DNA of 64,000 bases from Auanema rhodensis (Eukaryota > Animalia > Nematoda), in NCBI GenBank assembly GCA_964057225.1, contig OZ059900.1, positions 1,984,001-2,048,000 on the forward strand, written 5' to 3'. Both the position numbers and the translations under genes were made by a program. The notes under the pieces are model-generated. The model was not told the origin of the DNA and did no database searches. It saw only the letters and a program-made list of their open reading frames with translations. This document shows, piece after piece, positions 27,402 through 42,030 of the stretch; the stretch's first letter is position 1; each line of letters starts with the position of its first letter.

Positions 27402-30400
27402 TCAAACATACAATACACAAAATCAGTCTATTTTTATGAGCTTGCACTGATATATATTCATTTTGATCAAAAAAGGTCGAAAATAGAAAGAATTTTTGAA
27501 ATTTCCGAGTTTTGAGTCTAATTTGGCTAAATCGCTCATATATATGATCAGAAGCATAGTTTTATTGTCAATGACAACAAAAATCATCAATTAAACGCTA
27601 GTGATGTTTAAATACTGATTTTCGCTCAAATAGCATTACTACACTAAGTATGGTCGTTTTTATGCCTTTAACACCATATACTCACCGATTTTTGGTACAA
27701 AATCTGTAATACTTGTAAATTTTGATCATATTCGTTAAGATTCGAGAATCAAACACATAATACACGAAATAAGTCTATTTTTACAAGTTTGCACTGATAT
27801 TTATTCATTTTGATCAAAAAAGATCGAAAATAGAAAGAATTTTTGAAATTTCCGAGTTTTGAGTCCAATTTGGCTAAATCGCTCATATATATGATCAAAA
27901 GCATAGTTTTATTGTCTATAACAACAAAAGTCATCAATTAAACGCTAGTGATGTTTTAATACTGAATTTCGCTCAAATAGCATTACTACACTAAGTATGG
28001 TCGTTTTTATGCCTTTAACACCATATACTCACCGATTTTTGGTACAAAATCTGTGATACTCGTAAATTTTGATCATATTCGGTGAGATTCGAGAATCAAA
28101 CACACAATACACGAAATAAGTTTATTTTGACGAGTTTGCACTGATATTTATTCATTTTGATCAAAAAAGGTCGAAAATAGAAAGATTTTTTGAAATTTCC
28201 GAGTTTTGAGTCTAATTTGGCTAAATCGCTCATATATATGATCAGAAGCATAGATGTATTGTCTATGACAACAAAAGTCATTAATTGAACACTAATGATG
28301 TTTAAATCACTGAATTTCGCTCAAATAGCATTACTACACTAAGGATGGTCGTTTTTATGCCTTTAACACCATATACTCACCGATTTTTGGTACAAAATCT
28401 GTGATACTCGTAAATTTTGATCATATTCGTTAAGATTCAAAAATCAAACACACAATACACGAAATAAGTTCATTTTTACAAGTTTGCACTGATATTTATT
28501 CATTTTGATCAAAAAAGGTCGAAAATAGAAAGAATTTTTGAATTTTCCGAGTTTTGAGTCCAATTGGGCTAAATCGCTCATATATATGATCAAAAGCATA
28601 GTTTTACTGTCTATGATAACAAAAGTCTTCAAATATACACTAATAATGATTAAATGACTGAATTTCACTCAAATAGCATTACTACACTAAGTATGGTCGT
28701 TTTTATGCCTTTAACACCATATACTCACCGATTTTTGGTACAAAATCTGTGATACTCGTAAATTTTGATCATATTCGGTGAGATTCGAGAATCAAACACA
28801 CAATACACGAAATAAGTTTATTTTTACGAGTTTGCACTGATATTTATTCATTTTGATCAAAAAAGGTCGAAAATAGAAAGAATTTTTGAAATTTCCGAGT
28901 TTTGAGTCTAATTTGGCTAAATCGCTCATATATATGATCAAAAGCATAGTTTTATTGTCTATGACAACAAAAGTCATCAATTAAACGCTAGTGATGTATA
29001 AATACTGAATTTCGCTCAAATAGCATTACTACACTAAGTATGGTCGTTTTTATGCCTTTAACACCATATACTCACCGATTTTTGGTACAAAATCTGTAAT
29101 ACTCGTAAATTTTGATCATATTCGTTAAGATTTGAGGATCAAACATACAATACACAAAATCAGTCTATTTTTATGAGCTTGCACTGATATATATTCATTT
29201 TGATCAAAAAAGGTCGAAAATAGAAAGAATTTTTGAAATTTACGAGTTTTGAGTCTAATTTGGCTAAATCGCTCATATATATGATCAGAAGCATAGTTTT
29301 ATTGTCTATGACAACAAAAGTCATTAATTAAACACTAATAATGATTAAATCACTGAATTTCACTCAAATAGCATTACTACACTAAGTATGGTCGTTTTTA
29401 TGCCTTTAACACCATATACTCACCGATTTTTGGTACAAAATCTGTGATACTCGTAAATTTTGATCATATTCGGTGAGATTCGAGAATCAAACACACAATA
29501 CACGAAATAAGTTTATTTTTACGAGTTTGCACTGATATTTATTCATTTTGATCAAAAAAGGTCGAAAATAGAAAGAATTTTTGAAATTTCCGAGTTTTGA
29601 GTCTAATTTGGCTAAATCGCTCATATACATGATCAGAAGCATAGTTTTATTGTCTATGACAACAAAAGTCATCAATTAAACGCTAGTAATGTTTAAATAC
29701 TGATTTTCGCTCAAATAGCATTACTACACTAAGTATGGTCGTTTTTATGCCTTTAACACCATATACTCACCGATTTTTGGTACAAAATCTGTAATACTCG
29801 TAAATTTTGATCATATTCGTTAAGATTTGAGAATCAAACATACAATACACAAAGTCAGTCTATTTTTATGAGCTTGCACTGATATATATTCATTTTGATC
29901 AAAACAGGTCGAAAATAGAAAGAATTTTGGAAATGTCCGAGTTTTGAGTCCAATTTGGCTAAATCGCTCATATATATGATCAAAAGCATAGTTTTATTGT
30001 CTATAACAACAAAAGTCATCAATTAAACGCTAGTGATGTTTAAATACTGATTTTCGCTCAAATAGCATTACTACACTAAGTATGGTCGTTTTTATGCCTT
30101 TAACACCATATACTCACCGATTTTTGGTACAAAATCTGTAATACTTGTAAATTTTGATCATATTCGTTAAGATTCGAGAATCAAACACATAATACACGAA
30201 ATAAGTCTATTTTTATGAGTTTGCACTGATATTTATTCATTTTGATCAAAAAAGGTCGAAAATAGAAAGAATTTTTGAATTTTCCGAGTTTTGAGTCCAA
30301 TTGGGCTAAATCGCTCATATATATGATCAAAAGCATAGTTTTACTGTCTATGATAACAAAAGTCTTCAAACATACACTAATAATGATTTAATCACTGAAT

Positions 30401-31224
30401 TTCACTCAAATAGCATTACTACACTAAGTATGGTCGTTTTTATGCCTTTAACACCATATACTCACCGATTTTTGGTACAAAATCTGTGATACTCGTAAAT
30501 TCTGATCATATTCGGTGAGATTCGAGAATCAAACACACAATACACGAAATAAGTTTATTTTTACGAGTTTGCACTGATATTTATTCATTTTGATCAATAA
30601 AGGTCGAAAATAGAAAGAATTTTTGAAATTTCCGAGTTTTGAGTCTAATTTGGCTAAATCGCTCATATATATGATCAAAAGCATAGTTTTACTGTCTATG
30701 ATAACAAAAGTCTTCAAATATACACTAATAATGTGTAAATCACTGAATTTCACTCAAATAGCATTACTACACTAAGTATGGTCGTTTTTATGCCTTTAAC
30801 ACCATATACTCACCGATTTTTGGTACAAAATCTGTAATACTCGTAAATTTTGATCATATTCGTTAAGATTTGAGAATCAAACATACAATACACAAAATCA
30901 GTCTATTTTTATGAGCTTGCACTGATATATATTCATTTTGATCAAAAAAGGTCGAAAATAGAAAGAATTTTTGAAATTTACGAGTTTTGAATCTAATTTG
31001 GCTAAATCGCTCATATATATGATCAAAAGCATAGTTTTACTGTCTATGATAACAAAAGTCTTCAAATATACACTAATAATGATTAAATCACTGAATTTCA
31101 CTCAAATAGCATTACTACACTAAGTATGGTCGTTTTTATGCCTTTAACACCATATACTCACCGATTTTTGGTACAAAATCTGTGATACTCGTAAATTTTG
31201 ATCATATTCGGTGAGATTCGAGAA

Positions 31225-34200
31225 TCAAACACACAATACACGAAATAAGTTTATTTTTACGAGTTTGCACTGATATTTATTCATTTTGATCAAAAAAGGT
31301 CGAAAATAGAAAGAATTTTTGAAATTTCCGAGTTTTGAGTCTAATTTGGCTAAATCGCTCATATACATGATCAGAAGCATAGTTTTATTGTCTATGACAA
31401 CAAAAGTCATCAATTAAACGCTAGTGATGTTTAAATACTGATTTTCGCTCAAATAGCATTACTACACTAAGTATGGTCGTTTTTATGCCTTTAACACCAT
31501 ATACTCACCGATTTTTGGTACAAAATCTGTAATACTCGTAAATTTTGATCATATTCGTTAAGATTTATGAATCAAACATACAATACACAAAATCAGTCTA
31601 TTTTTATAAGCTTGCACTGATATATATTCATTTTGATCAAAAAAGGTCGAAAATAGAAAGAATTTTTGAAATTTCCGAGTTTTGAGTCTAATTTGGCTAA
31701 ATCGCTCATATACATGATCAGAAGCATAGTTTCATTGTCTATGACAACAAAAGTCATCAATTAAACGCTAGTGATGTTTAAATACTGATTTTCGCTCAAA
31801 TAGCATTACTACACTAAGTATGGTCGTTTTTATGCCTTTAACACCATATACTCACCGATTTTTGGTACAAAATCTGTAATACTCGTAAATTTTGATCATA
31901 TTCGTTAATATTTAAGAATCAAACATACAATACACGAAATAAGTTTATTTTTACGAGTTTGCACTGATATTTATTCATTTTGATCAAAAAAGGTCGAAAA
32001 TAGAAAGAATTTTTGAAATTTCCGAGTTTTGAGTCTAATTTGGCTAAATCGCTCATATATATGATCAGAAGCATAGTTTTATTGTCTATGATAACAAAAG
32101 TCTTCAAATATACACTAATAATGATTTAATCACTGAATTTCACTCAAATAGCATTACTACACTAAGTATGGTCGTTTTTATGGCTTTAACACCATATACT
32201 CACCGATTTTTGGTACAAAATCTGTAATACTCGTAAATTTTGATCATATTCGTTAAGATTTGAAAATCAAACACACAATAAACAAAATCAGTCTATTTTT
32301 ATGAGTTTGCACTGATATATATTCATTTTGATCAAAAAAGGTCGAAAATAGAAAGAATTTTTGAATTTTCCGAGTTTTGAGTCCAATTGGGCTAAATCGC
32401 TCATATATATGATCAAAAGCATAGTTTTACTGTCTATGATAACAAAAGTCTTCAAATATACACTAATAATGATTTAATCACTGAATTTCACTCAAATAGC
32501 ATTACTACACTAAGTATGGTCGTTTTTATGCCTTTAACACCATATACTCACCGATTTTTGGTACAAAATCTGTGATACTCGTAAATTTTGATCATATCCG
32601 GTGAGATTCGAGGATCGAACACACAATACACGAAATAAGTTTATTTTTACGAGTTTGCACTGATATTTATTCATTTTTATCAAAAAAGGTCGAAAATAGA
32701 AAGAATTTTTGAAATTTCCGAGTTTTGAGTCTAATTTGGCTAAATCGCTCATATACATGATCAGAAGCATAGTTTTATTGTCTATGACAACAAAAGTCAT
32801 CAATTAAACGCTAGTGATGTTTAAATACTGATTTTCGCTCAAATAGCATTACTACACTAAGTATGGTCGTTTTTATGCCTTTAACACCATATACTCACCG
32901 ATTTTTGGTACAAAATCTGTAATACTCGTAAATTTTGATCATATTCGTTAAGATTTAAGAATCAAACATACAATACACAAAATCAGTCTATTTTTATAAG
33001 CTTGCACTGATATATATTCATTTTGATCAAAAAAGGTCGAAAATAGAAAGAATTTTTGAAATTTCCGAGTTTTGAGTCTAATTTGGCTAAATCGCTCATA
33101 TACATGATCAGAAGCATAGTTTCATTGTCTATGACAACAAAAGTCATCAATTAAACGCTAGTGATGTTTAAATACTGATTTTCGCTCAAATAGCATTACT
33201 ACACTAAGTATGGTCGTTTTTATGCCTTTAACACCATATACTCACCGGTTTTTGGTACAAAATCTGTAATACTCGTAAATTTTGATCATATTCGTTAATA
33301 TTTAAGAATCAAACATACAATACACGAAATAAGTTTATTTTTACGAGTTTGCACTGATATTTATTCATTTTGATCAAAAAAGGTCGAAAATAGAAAGAAT
33401 TTTTGAAATTTCCGAGTTTTGAGTCTAATTTGGCTAAATCGCTCATATATATGATCAGAAGCATAGTTTTATTGTCTATGATAACAAAAGTCTTCAAATA
33501 TACACTAATAATGATTTAATCACTGAATTTCACTCAAATAGCATTACTACACTAAGTATGGTCGTTTTTATGGCTTTAACACCATATACTCACCGATTTT
33601 TGGTACAAAATCTGTAATACTCGTAAATTTTGATCATATTCGTTAAGATTTGAAAATCAAACACACAATAAACAAAATCAGTCTATTTTTATGAGTTTGC
33701 ACTGATATATATTCATTTTGATCAAAAAAGGTCGAAAATAGAAAGAATTTTTGAATTTTCCGAGTTTTGAGTCCAATTGGGCTAAATCGCTCATATATAT
33801 GATCAAAAGCATAGTTTTACTGTCTATGATAACAAAAGTCTTCAAATATACACTAATAATGATTTAATCACTGAATTTCACTCAAATAGCATTACTACAC
33901 TAAGTATGGTCGTTTTTATGCCTTTAACACCATATACTCACCGATTTTTGGTACAAAATCTGTGATACTCGTAAATTTTGATCATATCCGGTGAGATTCG
34001 AGGATCGAACACACAATACACGAAATAAGTTTATTTTTACGAGTTTGCACTGATATTTATTCATTTTTATCAAAAAAGGTCGAAAATAGAAAGAATTTTT
34101 GAAATTTCCGAGTTTTGAGTCTAATTTGGCTAAATCGCTCATATATATGATCAAAAGCATAGTTTTACTGTCTATGATAACAAAAGTCTTCAAATATACA

Positions 34201-36400
34201 CTAATAATGATTAAATCACTGAATTTCACTCAAATAGCATTACTACACTAAGTATGGTCGTTTTTATGCCTTTAACACCATATACTCACCGATTTTTGGT
34301 ACAAAATCTGTAATACTCGTAAATTTTGATCATATTCGTTAAGATTTGAAAATCAAACACACAATAAACAAAATCAGTCTATTTTTATGAGTTTGCACTG
34401 ATATATATTCATTTTGATCAAAAAAGGTCGAAAATAGAAAGAATTTTTGAATTTTCCGAGTTTTGAGTCCAATTGGGCTAAATCGCTCATATATATGATC
34501 AAAAGCATAGTTTTACTGTCTATGATAACAAAAGTCTTCAAATATACACTAATAATGATTAAATCACTGAAATTCACTCAAATAGCATTACTACACTAAG
34601 TATGGTCGTTTTTATGCCTTTAACACCATATACTCACCGATTTTTGGTACAAAATCTGTGATACTCGTAAATTTTGATCATATTCGGTGAGATTTGAGAA
34701 TCAAACACACAATACACAAAATCAGTCTATTTTTATGAGTTTACACTGATATATATTCATTTTCATCAAAAAAGGTCGAAAATAGAAAGAATTTTTGAAA
34801 TTTCCGAGTTTTGAGTCTAATTTGGCTAAATCGCTCATATACATGATCAGAAGCATAGTTTCATTGTCTATGACAACAAAAGTCATCAATTAAACGCTAG
34901 TGATGTTTAAATACTGATTTTCGCTCAAATAGCATTACTACACTAAGTATGGTCGTTTTTATGCCTTTAACACCATATACTCACCGGTTTTTGGTACAAA
35001 ATCTGTAATACTCGTAAATTTTGATCATATTCGTTAATATTTAAGAATCAAACATACAATACACGAAATAAGTTTATTTTTACGAGTTTGCACTGATATT
35101 TATTCATTTTGATCAAAAAAGGTCGAAAATAGAAAGAATTTTTGAAATTTCCGAGTTTTGAGTCTAATTTGGCTAAATCGCTCATATATATGATCAGAAG
35201 CATAGTTTTATTGTCTATGATAACAAAAGTCTTCAAATATACACTAATAATGATTTAATCACTGAATTTCACTCAAATAGCATTACTACACTAAGTATGG
35301 TCGTTTTTATGGCTTTAACACCATATACTCACCGATTTTTGGTACAAAATCTGTAATACTCGTAAATTTTGATCATATTCGTTAAGATTTGAAAATCAAA
35401 CACACAATAAACAAAATCAGTCTATTTTTATGAGTTTGCACTGATATATATTCATTTTGATCAAAAAAGGTCGAAAATAGAAAGAATTTTTGAATTTTCC
35501 GAGTTTTGAGTCCAATTGGGCTAAATCGCTCATATATATGATCAAAAGCATAGTTTTACTGTCTATGATAACAAAAGTCTTCAAATATACACTAATAATG
35601 ATTTAATCACTGAATTTCACTCAAATAGCATTACTACACTAAGTATGGTCGTTTTTATGCCTTTAACACCATATACTCACCGATTTTTGGTACAAAATCT
35701 GTGATACTCGTAAATTTTGATCATATCCGGTGAGATTCGAGGATCGAACACACAATACACGAAATAAGTTTATTTTTACGAGTTTGCACTGATATTTATT
35801 CATTTTTATCAAAAAAGGTCGAAAATAGAAAGAATTTTTGAAATTTCCGAGTTTTGAGTCTAATTTGGCTAAATCGCTCATATATATGATCAAAAGCATA
35901 GTTTTACTGTCTATGATAACAAAAGTCTTCAAATATACACTAATAATGATTAAATCACTGAATTTCACTCAAATAGCATTACTACACTAAGTATGGTCGT
36001 TTTTATGCCTTTAACACCATATACTCACCGATTTTTGGTACAAAATCTGTAATACTCGTAAATTTTGATCATATTCGTTAAGATTTGAAAATCAAACACA
36101 CAATAAACAAAATCAGTCTATTTTTATGAGTTTGCACTGATATATATTCATTTTGATCAAAAAAGGTCGAAAATAGAAAGAATTTTTGAATTTTCCGAGT
36201 TTTGAGTCCAATTGGGCTAAATCGCTCATATATATGATCAAAAGCATAGTTTTACTGTCTATGATAACAAAAGTCTTCAAATATACACTAATAATGATTA
36301 AATCACTGAAATTCACTCAAATAGCATTACTACACTAAGTATGGTCGTTTTTATGCCTTTAACACCATATACTCACCGATTTTTGGTACAAAATCTGTGA
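31225..36400. repeat. Nested 4-monomer (1390 bp) then 5-monomer (1739 bp) tandem duplications
   Basis: ORFs 31919/33309/35048, 32534/33924/35663 and 34374/36113 match; variants TTAATATTTAAG, TATGGCTTTAAC and ATCCGGTGAG. Confidence 0.85.
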
Positions 36401-39400
36401 TACTCGTAAATTTTGATCATATTCGGTGAGATTCGAGAATCAAACACACAATACACGAAATAAGTTTATTTTTACGAGTTTGCACTGATATTTATTCATT
36501 TTGATCAAAAAAGGTCGAAAATAGAAAGAATTTTTGAAATTTCCGAGTTTTGAGTCTAATTTGGCTAAATCGCTCATATATATGATCAAAAGCATAGTTT
36601 TATTGTCTATGACAACAAAAGTCATCAATTAAACGCTAGTGATGTTTAAATACTGAATTTCGCTCAAATAGCATTACTACACTAAGTATGGTCGTTTTTA
36701 TGCCTTTAACACCATATACTCACCGATTTTTGGTACAAAATCTGTAATACTCGTAAATTTTGATCATATTCGTTAAGATTTGAGGATCAAACATACAATA
36801 CACAAAATCAGTCTATTTTTATGAGCTTGCACTGATATATATTCATTTTGATCAAAAAAGGTCGAAAATAGAAAGAATTTTTGAAATTTACGAGTTTTGA
36901 ATCTAATTTGGCTAAATCGCTCATATATATGATCAAAAGCATAGTTTTACTGTCTATGATAACAAAAGTCTTCAAATATACACTAATAATGATTAAATCA
37001 CTGAATTTCACTCAAATAGCATTACTACACTAAGTATGGTCGTTTTTATGCCTTTAACACCATATACTCACCGATTTTTGGTACAAAATCTGTGATACTC
37101 GTAAATTTTGATCATATTCGGTGAGATTCGAGAATCAAACACACAATACACGAAATAAGTTTATTTTTACGAGTTTGCACTGATATTTATTCATTTTGAT
37201 CAAAAAAGGTCGAAAATAGAAAGAATTTTTGAAATTTCCGAGTTTTGAGTCTAATTTGGCTAAATCGCTCATATACATGATCAGAAGCATAGTTTTATCG
37301 TCTATGACAACAAAAGTCATCAATTAAACGCTAGTAATGTTTAAATACTGATTTTCGCTCAAATAGCATTACTACACTAAGTATGGTCGTTTTTATGCCT
37401 TTAACACCATATACTCACCGATTTTTGGTACAAAATCTGTAATACTCGTAAATTTTGATCATATTCGTTAAGATTTGAGAATCAAACATACAATACACAA
37501 AATCAGTCTATTTTTATGAGCTTGCACTGATATATATTCATTTTGATCAAAAAAGGTCGAAAATAGAAAGAATTTTTGAAATTTACGAGTTTTGAGTCTA
37601 ATTTGGCTAAATCGCTCATATATATGATCAGAAGCATAGTTTTATTGTCTATGACAACAAAAGTCATTAGTTAAACACTAATGATGTTTAAATCACTAAA
37701 TTTCGCTCAAATAGCATTACTACACTAAGTATGGTCGTTTTTATGCCTTTAACACCATATACTCACCGATTTTTGGTACAAAATCTGTAATACTTGTAAA
37801 TTTTGATCATATTCGTTAAGATTCGAGAATCAAACACATAATACACGAAATAAGTCTATTTTTACGAGTTTGCACTGATATTTATTCATTTTGATCAAAA
37901 AAGGTCGAAAATAGAAAGAATTTTTGAAATTTCCGAGTTTTGAGTCTAATTTGGCTAAATCGCTCATATATATGATCAAAAGCATAGTTTTACTGTCTAT
38001 GATAACAAAAGTCTTCAAATATACACTAATAATGTGTAAATCACTGAATTTCACTCAAATAGCATTACTACACTAAGTATGGTCGTTTTTATGCCTTTAA
38101 CACCATATACTCACCGATTTTTGGTACAAAATCTGTAATACTCGTAAATTTTGATCATATTCGTTAAGATTTGAGAATCAAACATACAATACACAAAATC
38201 AGTCTATTTTTATGAGCTTGCACTGATATATATTCATTTTGATCAAAAAAGGTCGAAAATAGAAAGAATTTTTGAAATTTACGAGTTTTGAATCTAATTT
38301 GGCTAAATCGCTCATATATATGATCAAAAGCATAGTTTTACTGTCTATGATAACAAAAGTCTTCAAATATACACTAATAATGATTAAATCACTGAATTTC
38401 ACTCAAATAGCATTACTACACTAAGTATGGTCGTTTTTATGCCTTTAACACCATATACTCACCGATTTTTGGTACAAAATCTGTGATACTCGTAAATTTT
38501 GATCATATTCGGTGAGATTCGAGAATCAAACACACAATACACGAAATAAGTTTATTTTTACGAGTTTGCACTGATATTTATTCATTTTGATCAAAAAAGG
38601 TCGAAAATAGAAAGAATTTTTGAAATTTCCGAGTTTTGAGTCTAATTTGGCTAAATCGCTCATATACATGATCAGAAGCATAGTTTTATTGTCTATGACA
38701 ACAAAAGTCATCAATTAAACGCTAGTGATGTTTAAATACTGATTTTCGCTCAAATAGCATTACTACACTAAGTATGGTCGTTTTTATGCCTTTAACACCA
38801 TATACTCACCGATTTTTGGTACAAAATCTGTAATACTCGTAAATTTTGATCATATTCGTTAAGATTTAAGAATCAAACATACAATACACAAAATCAGTCT
38901 ATTTTTATAAGCTTGCACTGATATATATTCATTTTGATCAAAAAAGGTCGAAAATAGAAAGAATTTTTGAAATTTCCGAGTTTTGAGTCTAATTTGGCTA
39001 AATCGCTCATATACATGATCAGAAGCATAGTTTCATTGTCTATGACAACAAAAGTCATCAATTAAACGCTAGTGATGTTTAAATACTGATTTTCGCTCAA
39101 ATAGCATTACTACACTAAGTATGGTCGTTTTTATGCCTTTAACACCATATACTCACCGATTTTTGGTACAAAATCTGTAATACTCGTAAATTTTGATCAT
39201 ATTCGTTAATATTTAAGAATCAAACATACAATACACGAAATAAGTTTATTTTTACGAGTTTGCACTGATATTTATTCATTTTGATCAAAAAAGGTCGAAA
39301 ATAGAAAGAATTTTTGAAATTTCCGAGTTTTGAGTCTAATTTGGCTAAATCGCTCATATATATGATCAGAAGCATAGTTTTATTGTCTATGATAACAAAA

Positions 39401-42030
39401 GTCTTCAAATATACACTAATAATGATTTAATCACTGAATTTCACTCAAATAGCATTACTACACTAAGTATGGTCGTTTTTATGGCTTTAACACCATATAC
39501 TCACCGATTTTTGGTACAAAATCTGTAATACTCGTAAATTTTGATCATATTCGTTAAGATTTGAAAATCAAACACACAATAAACAAAATCAGTCTATTTT
39601 TATGAGTTTGCACTGATATATATTCATTTTGATCAAAAAAGGTCGAAAATAGAAAGAATTTTTGAATTTTCCGAGTTTTGAGTCCAATTGGGCTAAATCG
39701 CTCATATATATGATCAAAAGCATAGTTTTACTGTCTATGATAACAAAAGTCTTCAAATATACACTAATAATGATTTAATCACTGAATTTCACTCAAATAG
39801 CATTACTACACTAAGTATGGTCGTTTTTATGCCTTTAACACCATATACTCACCGATTTTTGGTACAAAATCTGTGATACTCGTAAATTTTGATCATATCC
39901 GGTGAGATTCGAGGATCGAACACACAATACACGAAATAAGTTTATTTTTACGAGTTTGCACTGATATTTATTCATTTTTATCAAAAAAGGTCGAAAATAG
40001 AAAGAATTTTTGAAATTTCCGAGTTTTGAGTCTAATTTGGCTAAATCGCTCATATATATGATCAAAAGCATAGTTTTACTGTCTATGATAACAAAAGTCT
40101 TCAAATATACACTAATAATGATTAAATCACTGAATTTCACTCAAATAGCATTACTACACTAAGTATGGTCGTTTTTATGCCTTTAACACCATATACTCAC
40201 CGATTTTTGGTACAAAATCTGTAATACTCGTAAATTTTGATCATATTCGTTAAGATTTGAAAATCAAACACACAATAAACAAAATCAGTCTATTTTTATG
40301 AGTTTGCACTGATATATATTCATTTTGATCAAAAAAGGTCGAAAATAGAAAGAATTTTTGAATTTTCCGAGTTTTGAGTCCAATTGGGCTAAATCGCTCA
40401 TATATATGATCAAAAGCATAGTTTTACTGTCTATGATAACAAAAGTCTTCAAATATACACTAATAATGATTAAATCACTGAAATTCACTCAAATAGCATT
40501 ACTACACTAAGTATGGTCGTTTTTATGCCTTTAACACCATATACTCACCGATTTTTGGTACAAAATCTGTGATACTCGTAAATTTTGATCATATTCGGTG
40601 AGATTCGAGAATCAAACACACAATACACGAAATAAGTTTATTTTTACGAGTTTGCACTGATATTTATTCATTTTGATCAAAAAAGGTCGAAAATAGAAAG
40701 AATTTTTGAAATTTCCGAGTTTTGAGTCTAATTTGGCTAAATCGCTCATATATATGATCAAAAGCATAGTTTTATTGTCTATGACAACAAAAGTCATCAA
40801 TTAAACGCTAGTGATGTTTAAATACTGAATTTCGCTCAAATAGCATTACTACACTAAGTATGGTCGTTTTTATGCCTTTAACACCATATACTCACCGATT
40901 TTTGGTACAAAATCTGTAATACTCGTAAATTTTGATCATATTCGTTAAGATTTGAGGATCAAACATACAATACACAAAATCAGTCTATTTTTATGAGCTT
41001 GCACTGATATATATTCATTTTGATCAAAAAAGGTCGAAAATAGAAAGAATTTTTGAAATTTACGAGTTTTGAATCTAATTTGGCTAAATCGCTCATATAT
41101 ATGATCAAAAGCATAGTTTTACTGTCTATGATAACAAAAGTCTTCAAATATACACTAATAATGATTAAATCACTGAATTTCACTCAAATAGCATTACTAC
41201 ACTAAGTATGGTCGTTTTTATGCCTTTAACACCATATACTCACCGATTTTTGGAACAAAATCTGTGATACTCGTAAATTTTGATCATATTCGGTGAGATT
41301 CGAGAATCAAACACACAATACACGAAATAAGTTTATTTTTACGAGTTTGCACTGATATTTATTCATTTTGATCAAAAAAGGTCGAAAATAGAAAGAATTT
41401 TTGAAATTTCCGAGTTTTGAGTCTAGTTTGGCTAAATCGCTCATATACATGATCAGAAGCATAGTTTTATCGTCTATGACAACAAAAGTCATCAATTAAA
41501 CGCTAGTAATGTTTAAATACTGATTTTCGCTCAAATAGCATTACTACACTAAGTATGGTCGTTTTTATGCCTTTAACACCATATACTCACCGATTTTTGG
41601 TACAAAATCTGTAATACTCGTAAATTTTGATCATATTCGTTAAGATTTGAGAATCAAACATACAATACACAAAATCAGTCTATTTTTATGAGCTTGCACT
41701 GATATATATTCATTTTGATCAAAAAAGGTCGAAAATAGAAAGAATTTTTGAAATTTACGAGTTTTGAGTCTAATTTGGCTAAATCGCTCATATATATGAT
41801 CAGAAGCATAGTTTTATTGTCTATGACAACAAAAGTCATTAGTTAAACACTAATGATGTTTAAATCACTAAATTTCGCTCAAATAGCATTACTACACTAA
41901 GTATGGTCGTTTTTATGCCTTTAACACCATATACTCACCGATTTTTGGTACAAAATCTGTAATACTTGTAAATTTTGATCATATTCGTTAAGATTCGAGA
42001 ATCAAACACATAATACACGAAATAAGTCTA
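34800..42030. repeat. 12-monomer-offset duplication (4172 bp)
   Basis: ORF pairs 35048/39220, 35663/39835, 36113/40285, 36440/40612, 36808/40980 and 37135/41307. The variant TTTATCGTC occurs twice. Confidence 0.9.
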
